DNA of 64,000 nucleotides from positions 229,059,326-229,123,325 of the forward strand of contig NC_085841.1 in NCBI RefSeq assembly GCF_035594765.1, in the 5' to 3' direction. Within the stretch, counting starts at the first letter, position 1. The number at the start of each line of letters is the position of its first letter. The position numbers and the translations under genes are program-made. The notes below the pieces were generated by a model that saw nothing but the letters and a program-made list of their open reading frames with translations, searched no databases and was not told the origin of the DNA. The DNA comes from Anolis carolinensis (Eukaryota). Positions 53,994-64,000 of this stretch are shown piece by piece.

Positions 53994-55119
53994 CACAGCC
54001 ATGAAAATATGCACATTTTCTGGCTGAAATTGGGATATAAGGGCATCATTTTATCAAGTGTTTTTCCTCTGTTAAAGTGAATGAGTGCAGATTTAGTGCT
54101 AGCGTCATTTAGCCACCCCCCATTTTTACCCGGTAACTATTGCATTTTAGTTGCTGTGTAGAAGGGCTATTTGTATATCTTAGCTTCACACTCCGATACC
54201 CCCTTTCCAAAAAAGTTTATTTTGATTTCAAAATCCTTACTTTTTTCATTACGCAAGGTCAATAATTAGTTTTATTTGCATAGTATCATTACATGGAACA
54301 CCAACTAAAAACAAAAGCACGAAAAACTGATTGCAGTAAGACTTGACCATATTCGGGATGAGTAAGAATGGGGTCTAATTAAAATAAAGTATTGAGATAC
54401 ATAGTCATTTAATTAATTAATTTTAAAGAGCTCCTCAGTCCTTTAATTAATTTGGTCTGGAATTACATTTCAATTGAATTAATTTAAAGTCAGAGGTTCG
54501 ACAGTTTGTAAAACTTGTCAAAAGCACTATAGACAATACACAATCTCTCCAGCCTGGTGACTACATCTCTTGCTCATCTTTATGTTGAACAAATAAGTGT
54601 CTAGCACGATAATAAAGTCAAATGCAGTATTGGCACATGTAAATAAAACAGGTCAAGTTTCACTTGCAGTTCCATCCACCATATTTTATCATATATGTCA
54701 CATGTTAAATTACTCATGATACCCAAAGGAGTTGGTGGCCACCAAAAATGACATTATGTGGCTGAAGGTTTATCTCAGTCTTATGATGCTAACCAACAAT
54801 AATTCCTCCTGAAAAGTCCAACCCAGCTGACATTAAAAAAGAGAGTTTGAAGTATCAGTTTGAAGAAAAACATCCTCAAACTAGGCTTTCGGGGAAGAGA
54901 AAAAACATGCTGCTAGTTAAAACATTTTGTGAGAATGTATCCCCCGATGTTACTAGATGTTAAGTAAATATATGCTCATTGTCAAAAAAAATGTTGCTTT
55001 GGCAACTCTCTTATTAAAATGCATTTGAAACCCCCATCTGTCAAGAAAGTTTTGAAAAGTTTGTTTACTTTGGATAGCAGCCCTATCCAGGGTTACCCCA
55101 GCAAACAATGATAGCAGTC

Positions 55120-55315
55120 NNNNNNNNNNNNNNNNNNNNNNNNNNNNNNNNNNNNNNNNNNNNNNNNNNNNNNNNNNNNNNNNNNNNNNNNNNNNNNNNN
55201 NNNNNNNNNNNNNNNNNNNNNNNNNNNNNNNNNNNNNNNNNNNNNNNNNNNNNNNNNNNNNNNNNNNNNNNNNNNNNNNNNNNNNNNNNNNNNNNNNNNN
55301 NNNNNNNNNNNNNNN
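55120..55315. other. Assembly gap
   Basis: Run of N. Confidence 1.
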
Positions 55316-56088
55316 AAAATGTTTTATATTTTCAGGGGGAATATTTGTTTTAAGGAACAGAAAATGTTTTACATATCTAAAGATGTTGAACCTTATGTTG
55401 TAATTAACCTGCTTCTTTCAGAGCAGTTTTTTTTAAAAAAAGAAACTGCTAAATAAAATAGCCAAAAATGTCTGCTTTTCTCCTTAATGTTTTCTACAGG
55501 AAAATAATGCAAAATGGGAGAACTTCCATACCCAGATGTTTATCAGATACGTTTCTTTACATGTTGACATGATTGATTTGCATATGCATATCAGTGGTTC
55601 CACAGTACTATCTGCCTAAGCATGCAATATATTATTTAATAGAAAGTAAATAAATGTTCAAGCACTACCCACAGGTACACTGCAAGAGAATTCATTAAAC
55701 GAAAGGTGGGGGTCAAGGACAGAAAAGAGAGCATGTCCTTACCTGAAATTGAGCTAGATATCTGATTCTTAAATTATTTTGTTTACATAACACCATATAA
55801 TATTCTCTGGTGTGGAATTTTGGCTCAATGAAGGAAACTTATTTTTTAGGATTACAATGTCAGCATCCTCCCCTCAAAAGTATAAGGTTGTGTTCTTTGT
55901 TGCATCTTTAACAAAATTAATGCAGTGGCTTATATAATTCTTCATATAATATCTTCCCGTAGTGAACTCTATCCCTTTGGGAAAGTTATAGATTTTTTTC
56001 AAGTGGGAATCTCCAAGTAATGTTAGTTCTATCATAAACAAACTTAGAGGAATGGTGAAAAATGTATTCTCCCATTTATACTGGAAAT

Positions 56089-56195
56089 ATGTTGTCGAAG
56101 GCTTTCATGGCCAGAATCACAGGGCTGTTGTGTGTTTTCTAGGCTGTGTGGACATGTTCCAGAAGTACTCTTTCCTGACGTATTACCCACATATA
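56089..56195. mobile_element. Penelope-like element terminal-repeat fragment
   Basis: gttgtcgaaggctttcatggc...cctgacgt..cccacat resembles the recalled reptile Penelope terminus. Confidence 0.6.
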
Positions 56196-56930
56196 TGTGA
56201 GGTGGGAATGATGTGCCTATTGATGATGTTGGGAATAATGGGAATGATTGAAATTATGTTCAGATTAATGATGTTCCTCTTGATGCGCTCAGGCTGGAGT
56301 TAAGTTAGATGAGAGGCCCGAGCAAGGTCAGATGTCTGGGAAAGACCTTTCACCGATTTCTTCAGAACAGTCTGAAACTGATTCTGAGATTGTTTTACCA
56401 GGTGGCAACAACAGTGAAACCTTGGATAGAAGGCAGAGTTTCAATGAGTACAGGCAAGACATTCAGAAGTTCAGACTCTCCACTTGTTTACAACAGAAGA
56501 GACATAACAGTCAATTATCTAGTGGGATAAGAAAGAAGAATGCTTTTTTCTCAGTCCTGGATTTTGGAAAGGGTTTATAATGATTCATGCAACTTTTGGT
56601 TTCCATTTGAGTCAATGTCTCTTAACCATGTCAGTCTTGTTTTCAAGTGCTTCATATACCAATTATTACCAAGTTCAGTTTACCTATGGAACTTTGCTGT
56701 ATTGACTCCTTGTTTCTTGTGACTTGCTTCATGGAATTGTTATGGAACTGTGAAATTGTGTTTCTGCTGCAACTCTACAGATGATCTTGGAAACTTTTGG
56801 GATTTTGGATTGATTCTCTTTTACTATTTTTATTGCTTTGCCTTTATATATTGTACAATAAACTACTTACTGATTTTATCAACCTGGGGTGCTGTTTACA
56901 GTCAAAGGGTTCCTGCCTTGGAGTATGACA
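56196..56930 (+). mobile_element. 5'-truncated LTR
   Basis: AATAAA at ~56857 and terminus ggagtatgaca. No TSD found. Confidence 0.45.
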
Positions 56931-59134
56931 GTAACCTTCTGTGAGTCACAAGTGAGTGAACAGTTCTTAAAGGCTAGTGATCACCTTTTAAGATGTTAGG
57001 ACAGAACTAGATTTGAGAGGGCTGTCATTCACAAGGCTTATATACAGAAAAGTGGTGAATATCTGAAACTTACTGCAAAGACATTCTCTTTCTTTCTCTA
57101 TCTACCCCTGCCCTTTAAAATGTCAAGGTATTAAAGCACTCCATCTCTAGTCAGCATTGTGAAAACAGGGGGAAAGCTTTTTTGCCATAGCATCTGATAA
57201 TGTTCCTCTGATTAATTTTGTAAACATTCTTTGCCTAGCTGTTACACTTGATGACAGAAACCTTGATGACAAGAATAATTGCTACTGTGTGTCTTCACAT
57301 ACATACATCTAAAAGTGATTCTATCATTGGGGTTTCAGCACAATAATTACTGAGAGCTTTTCTACATGGGCAGTATAATGCAGTTTCAAGATGGCTCGAG
57401 GTTGATGTATCTACAAAATCTACATCTCTAATGCATGGTAAGGCATGCATGAAGGACTATATCACATTAAGTAAAGGATTCACCATGGACCATGGCAAAT
57501 TCAGTGGGGGTGTCGGTTGCCGGCTTGATCCCATTGTTGCCAATAAAACACGGGAAGTCTCCCGTGTTGCTATGGTGGTGACGTATACCAGTTCCTCTTC
57601 ACTTTTGCCACATAGCCCCACTAGAAGTAGATGTACATTGTTGGATGGAAACTAGAGGACTTTGTGGCAAAAGTGAAGGGGAACTGACATACAATGGACA
57701 ATTTGGCCTGTTTGATAAGGTTGTTAAGACAGGAAGAGCATAATAAAAAAACTTCACTGGAAATTCCAGGACAAGTCACAAAATCCGCTGCAGCCGATCG
57801 TTGTATATCCCATGTAGAGTTGAAATCTGAGACTGAAAACTATGAAGGACAGGGCTAGCACTGATGCATTTTATAAATGTAAGGACACAGCTGTCCATTA
57901 GGCAAACACCCCCCCCCCCCCCCAAGAGGAAACCCCAGGAACACTTGCTTTCCGATTTTTTGTCTTGGTTTCCTGTGCCCTGTTATGGTCTAGCACTGAT
58001 CCAAAACAGTCATGACAATATCTATTGGTGCATCCTGGTAGACTGTGTAAGAAAAAAAAATATTCTGGATTCAGCTCAATCTACAATTAATGGATATTTG
58101 TGGCCACTGTTCCAACCTGAACCAGTTTCTGGGGCAATTATGTAGGGACTCTGCAGCAGCCTGAGAGGGGGTTTGCCTTTGTCATCTCTGAAGCTGAGAG
58201 AGAGTAGCTTGCCCAAGGTCATCTTGTAAGTTTCCATGGCTGAGAGGGATTCAAACCCTGGCCTCCAGAGTCACAGTCCAACACTCAAGCCGCTACACAA
58301 ACTGGCTCTCAAACAAGAATAATGGAAAAGGAAAAGGAAAAAAGAATGGCATGAACAATTCTTTGCATGTTGACTGAAAGCCAAACTACATGTTAGGCTT
58401 ATGTTGTGGTGTGCAGCATCACCTTTGCTTTTCTTTAATTTCTAAACAAAAGTGGGTGAGGGTATAGTAGAGTGCATGTACAGGAAAAAGGAAGTGCTAT
58501 TTTTGGCAGTATCCTTATTCACAAATATCTGAAATGCAATGTGTGTGTGATGACTGAACTTTTTTTGCACAGAATTCAGTGGTTTTCATTTGTATGCATA
58601 TTCACTTATTTTATATCACTTTCTGACACATTCCAGAGTAACAATGTAAACTGCTTTCTATCTCATCCTGGCATGTAAGGAACAGCAAAATTATTCTCCT
58701 CATCCTACAAGAGGGTGAGAGATATTTTGGGGTGTTCCCAGTAATAGGACAGGAACATTTTATCAAAGAGGTGAAACAAAAGTGTACAATCTAGAAAGAG
58801 ACAATACCAGCTGCCTTGTCGTGTGGAATTTTAAGAAATGGAAATAACAGATGGGTTGTTTGCAGCTTTTAAAAAAACAACAACTAAACACTTGTTCTAT
58901 AGTTGCCTTGCTTTGCTTTTCAAAATGAAAGGACAGTAGCTTTACTTAGAGAAACTGTATGCAAAATACAGAGTCCTTGATGAGGAAAAAAAATAACACT
59001 TCTTGTCTTGTGTCTTCTTGCAGACAACTGGTAGGCTTTGGAAATTCTTTGTTAAGGTGTTCCGTTGAGTTGTGACAGACAAAATAAAGAACAAGGCATT
59101 TAGTGAAAACTGTTTACAATCCCTTTTATAGAAA

Positions 59135-59572
59135 TACTAGCTGTGCCTGGACATGCGTTGCTGTGGCTTATGGGAATCATTTGTTGGTCAGGTGGAATAG
59201 CAATGAATAGCCTTGCAGCTCAAAGCCTGGCTGTTTTCTTCTTATGGAAATCCTTGTTTGGTGAGCTGGAATACAATGGAATAGGCTTGTTGCTTGGGTG
59301 GCTGGGTACTTGCGTTCTAGGGGAATTGCTTTTTAGGCTGCTAGAATTGCAATAAATAGCCCCAAAGTGGAGGCGGGGCCTACTGTTCTGAGCAGTTTCT
59401 GAAGGGAGAAAACTTCTCTTTCTTGTCCCATAATTTGGGCTTTATTTTTCTAGGGTTTTTTTGTTTGTTTGAAAGACATAGACTGGATGACTATGTCTTT
59501 TGTGGCCAAATCTGGTGTGATTTGGTTCAATGGTTTTGCTATTTACTCCATAGTAAAATAGCACATTACATG

Positions 59573-59616
<44 letters not shown>
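59135..59616 (+). mobile_element. Helentron-associated (HINE/DINE-like) non-autonomous element ending in (TA)n
   Basis: Start tactagctgtgcctggacatgcgttgctgtggc, core gccaaatctggtgtgatttggttcaatggtttt, and (TA)n at 59577-59616. Confidence 0.6.
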
Positions 59617-59621
<5 letters not shown>

Positions 59622-59964
59622 AGAACAGAAGTTTAAAAACACTAACTAAAATTAATGTTAATACAGGGAAGAATAGAACTAGGAGACTGATTTCTTGGAA
59701 ATGCAACAGTAATTCAGTTAGTACATAATCAGAGTTATCAACTCTTGAAATTAAGTGGAATATTCTGTACAAGGAGATCAGGTCTAGAGCAACTCTTCAA
59801 GAGGGTGATAAAGAAGACATACTAATATTATTAGACAAGAGTGGATATAAAAGTTGACCTGTATAGCTATCAATATGCTCCATGAGGAAAATAAACTTTA
59901 GTCATTCTTTTTCTAGAAATTGGATATGTGAAACAAAATAAAAAAAACCAAAAACTTAATTGTA

Positions 59965-60621
59965 CAGTGATGCCTTGACTTAAGAGTTTAATTTGTTCTG
60001 TGACTGAGCTCTTAACTCAAAACACTATTATCTTAAAGCAAATTTCCCATTGAAATTCATTGAAATAGTATTAATTAGTTCTGGACCCCCAAACTCCCCC
60101 TCCCAATTTTTGTTACGAGTTTCTAAATAAGAAATTGTGCTTTATAAATAACAAATAATGTTTAAATGCACATTCACATGGAACAATAAAAAATATCAAC
60201 TTTAGAATGGTACAAGCAGAAAGTTGTGGCACAATGGCAGAAGCACAAAGTGAAGAGGCAGAAGCATCAGTTTCTTCAAAATGTACTCATTCCAGCCTCC
60301 CTCCCTCCCTTGCTCTCTCTCCCTCTCTCTCTTCATAAAGCCAAACATACTAGGAATAAAAACCACACAAAATAAACTAACCCAAAGTTTCTCAAAGCGG
60401 ACAAGAATAACATGCACTGCAATCTTCCAAAAGCGAACAAAAGCATGAGACATGAGGCATGGTGGCACGAGGCATTGAGGCTGCCCCCTTGAAGCCCCAT
60501 ACCCTCATGTTAGCATTCCCTCTGGTGCTAGCTCTCAGCTCAAAATGCTGCTCTTATTTCAAACTGAAAGCACTCTCAAAACACTCTTAATTTGGGACAC
60601 TTTTAAGTAGAGGTTCCACTG
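59965..60621. mobile_element. Tigger-type non-autonomous DNA transposon
   Basis: ta|cagtgatgccttgacttaag ... tttaagtagaggttccactg|ta, i.e. imperfect TIR with TA TSD. Confidence 0.8.
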
Positions 60622-62395
60622 TACTTAGTTAGGTACTTTACAAAAGACATGTGGTCAGCATTAGCAAAAAACCAAAATAAACACAGTCAAAATTCAAGAG
60701 TGACGCAATAGTTATGGACACACCACTATCACCAGTAAGACTACAAAACCAAGTAATTTGCACAGTCCAAAAGACTGATAAATCAGTTGCTCCCCTCTGC
60801 CATTATGCTGCTGAAAAGCTATGGGATTCTCTTTAAGCTCACTGAAAGGATTACACAGAATCAGATTCATACTAAATTTTCAAATTAGCAATGGAAAACA
60901 CTATGGCTTAAATCCTATTGTAAGTTCAGACTACAGGTGCATTGACATTATAGAATTAATGCAGTTTGACACCATTTTCATTGTCATGGCTCAATATTAT
61001 GGAATCATGGGAGTTGTACTTTTACCTTTTCTGCTAAATTGTGTTGGTGCCTCACCAAACTACAAATACCAGTGTATCATAGCAATGAACCATGGCAGTT
61101 AAAGTGGTGTCAAACTACATTCATTCTACAGTGTAGATGCATCCTGCGTTAGAACTATATATTGACTCACCATTCAACAAGTGAATTGACCTCCTCTGGT
61201 TGGAACTAACCACCAGAATTCCAGCCATCCTCTCTCTGAATGTACCCACTCACCTGATGCAATAGACTAGGCATTGTAAATCATATGTGTAAAACATTAT
61301 TCTTTCATATTACCCATCCAGTATATGAGTTTCTCAGAAAACAGATATACTGAGATGGGCTCTATTAAAGCTAAAGTAGAGCAGGACTTAATTTCCTTTA
61401 ATTATGTTGAGAAAGACCCAAAAGTACTCAGTCCACAGAGAGGGTGGAATGTCTACAGCTTTTCTAAGATCAAAATCTCAGTGAACTTAGGGTCACATCC
61501 TGATAACATATTCAGACTCAGATATGTTTTGCCCTCTCTTCCATAGAACCTATCATCTGAAGTGATTTGTAAGGTAATGTTCCTGGGAGAGAAAGACTTC
61601 CTGGTCTGTAAGATAAAAATCCGCTGTTGCAGATTTCAGATAGTCTGTTTCCCATGCAGATAAGCAAATCTCTACTTATATGGATAAGTAAAATCTGAAA
61701 GATAACAATGTTTGTCTGCATATCAGTCCAGGAGCAGTGGATAAAGTCAGTTCCAAATGAAATTTGCAAAATCAAATTCCTCAAGTATCTGTACTCTCAA
61801 TTTGCGAGTCTTAGGTTGCTCTTTTTCTTTAAGTGTTTTATGGTACCACATTACATCCACACCTGCGCACAAATTCAAACTTTTCTTATTCTTAACCACT
61901 AAACATAATTGCTTTTAGACATTAAAAAATGGAACTGAAAAAGTCATGTTGATACAGGAGATCTGCTTGGTGGGAGGGGGGAAAAAAGCTGAAAAAGCCA
62001 ATTCTCTCCTTATCAATCATGCTTTTGACCAGAGATGTGTAAATGATTTTCCACTGCAAACATAACCTGGTGAAATTAACATTTACATGAGATTCACAAT
62101 AAAGCAGCATGACTGTGACATGAGCCCACACTGAAATCACCGAGCATATCCTTTCAGTAAGAGTGGGAACAGAGCGGAAACAGGATTGAAACAGGGTAAG
62201 TGTCAAGCGTGATACAGAGAAAAGCTTTTAGGTGAGTGGAGTTATAGGTGTCTATCATACATCTCCCAATTCTCTAAGCATGGCCTTACTGAAACAAATA
62301 CAGGCCAACTGGTATTTGTTTACCTGAAACAACCTGAAAATTCAGATCTTGTGTTCCTCAAGAAGCTGTCAATAGGACTGTAGTCTTCTAACATA

Positions 62396-62813
62396 CCGTG
62401 TTTCCCCAAAAATAAGACAGTGTCTTATATTAATTTTTGTTCCCAAAGATGCTCTAGGTCTTATTTTCAGGGGATGTCTTATTTTTCCATGAAGAAGAAT
62501 TCACATTTATTGTTGAACAAAAAATCAACATTTATTATATACTGTACAGTAGTTGTCATCACAAACCAGCATAACCAGACAAACTGTAAATCCTATCAAG
62601 AATTTCTTGTTACTACCATTATTTCTATGTACAACAATCTATGGTATGTACATTTACCAAATCTGCATGCTCTGGTGTTCTGTTCGGTGGGCATGCTTCC
62701 AAACACAAACAGTGCTGGGTCTTACTTTCGGTGGAGGCCTTATATTTAGCAATTCAGCAAAACCTCTACTAGGTCTTATTTTCTGGGGATGTCTTATTTT
62801 AGGGGAAACAGGG
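62396..62813. mobile_element. Tc2/pogo-type MITE, copy of 21885-22285
   Basis: ta|ccgtgtttccccaaaaataagac ... gtcttattttaggggaaacaggg|ta. Confidence 0.88.
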
Positions 62814-63028
62814 TACTAATAAACTTGGAATTATTGCTATGTGGGAATTCTGAGAAGGCAACTAAATGCCCGAATAAAGGCTGGATTTTATTTTGTCTAC
62901 ATTATTTTTGCTAGTGAGAATTGCCACTTAAGGGCCATGGGTATATTGAAATAATGCACCTGAAAAGGGGCTAATAAAAAACAAGATGTAGATTCAAGAC
63001 AATGTAAGACAAATAATAGGGTTACTGC

Positions 63029-63733
63029 TAGGCATATGCTAATTAAATGGAATCCTCGTTAATTGGAATGAAATCATATCTATTTTGGGTTCCGAACGGG
63101 GTTCCGAGGTGGTTTGGCGCTTTGTATTTAACCTTCCAATTTGAAGCGTTGGAGCCCATTTATTTAATGCCCTCGGAATACCTTCAGATATATGAGAAAG
63201 TGTTTTAATTCAATCAATCTCCTGGCTAGCAGTGGGGCTTAAGAGCCCCATAGAAACCAAGCATGGAGCGTTTTCCCTCCTGGCTAGCAGTGGGGCTTAA
63301 GAGTCCCATAGAAACCAAACCTGGAGTGTTTTTTTCTCCTGGTTAGCAGTGTGGCTTAAAAGCCCCATAGAAACCAAATCCAGAGCGTTTTCTCTCCTGA
63401 CTAGCAGCGGGACTTAAGAGCCCCATAGAAATCAAATCCAGAGTGTTTTCTTTCCTGGCTAGCAGCGGGGCTACCACTGTAGCAAGTTTCATCAGGATAA
63501 CTCAAAAAATGAGGGAGAGAAAAGCCCCTCAAGTTTCCCCATTGACGATAATGTTTTCCTTCATGTGCATGCGTATCCGTCATTAACAAGATACACACGA
63601 AGATTCGGAAGTTTTGGAAAGTTTTGAACTTTTTGCCTTCAAAATTCAGAAATGACTTTAGAAATGAAGCACCAGCGCCCTCTAATTTCGAAGAGAGTTT
63701 AGAACCATTTTTTTCCTGGATCACACATGCCTA
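63029..63733. mobile_element. Non-autonomous hAT element carrying an internal minisatellite
   Basis: TIR taggcatatg / cacatgccta. 8-bp TSD gttactgc (63021-63028) / gttacagc (63734-63741). Confidence 0.8.
63218..63472. repeat. ~59-bp tandem repeat, about 4.3 copies
   Basis: Unit ctcctggctagcagtggggcttaagagccccatagaaaccaa...gagygtttt starts near 63219, 63277, 63336, 63394 and 63452. Confidence 0.92.
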
Positions 63734-63741
63734 GTTACAGC

Positions 63742-64000
63742 CTGTGCTGGATGGGGTTATACACAGGTTCGCAGCCTGGGAGTGATCCTGGACTCATCAC
63801 TGAGCCTGGAACCCCAGGTCTCACAAGTGGCCAGGTGAGCTTTTGCACAATTCATACTTGTGCGCCAGTTGTTCCCATATCTTGAGACGCCAGAATTGCC
63901 TATCGTGCTCCATACTCTTGTTACATCTCAAATAGACTATTGCAATGCACTCTATGTGGGGTTGCCTTTGAGGACTATTCAGAAGCTTCAAGTGGTCCAA
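63742..64000 (+). mobile_element. L2 LINE ORF2 fragment, runs off the window
   Basis: VRSLGVILDSSLSLEPQV...LVTSQIDYCNALYVGLPLRTIQKLQVVQ. Confidence 0.88.

Noticed and set aside
63218-63472. CRISPR-like array of palindromic repeats
   Set aside because: The inter-palindrome segments are themselves near-identical, so there are no unique spacers. There are no cas genes, and the array lies inside a eukaryotic hAT element.
47613-64000. Further upstream ARHGAP15 exons
   Set aside because: No PH-domain-coding exon was recognised. The corresponding mammalian intron is very large, so the previous exon probably lies beyond the window; the gap at 55120-55315 cannot be assessed.

Overview
AT-rich vertebrate genomic DNA, almost certainly from a squamate reptile. 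The Sauria SINEs, BovB-type RTE, CR1/L2/L1 and MITE repertoire point to an Anolis-like lizard. The window lies entirely inside one minus-strand gene, ARHGAP15. Four short coding exons (47514-47612, 45424-45541, 13507-13629, 386-484) have canonical AG/GT boundaries and consistent phases. They encode the end of the PH domain, the linker, the RPEL-like motif and the start of the RhoGAP domain. The rest is intron: transposable elements, microsatellites, unique non-coding DNA and two assembly gaps (7792-7930, 55120-55315). The most structured object is a nested transposon cluster at ~26.7-31.3 kb. A Tigger-type MITE hosts an L1 and an L2 fragment; the L2 hosts a BovB-like RTE, which hosts a solo LTR, and candidate target-site duplications are readable at every junction. 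I found no prokaryote-type system, CRISPR array or convincing novel gene. Repeat family names are recalled from consensus sequences and need a Dfam/Repbase check.
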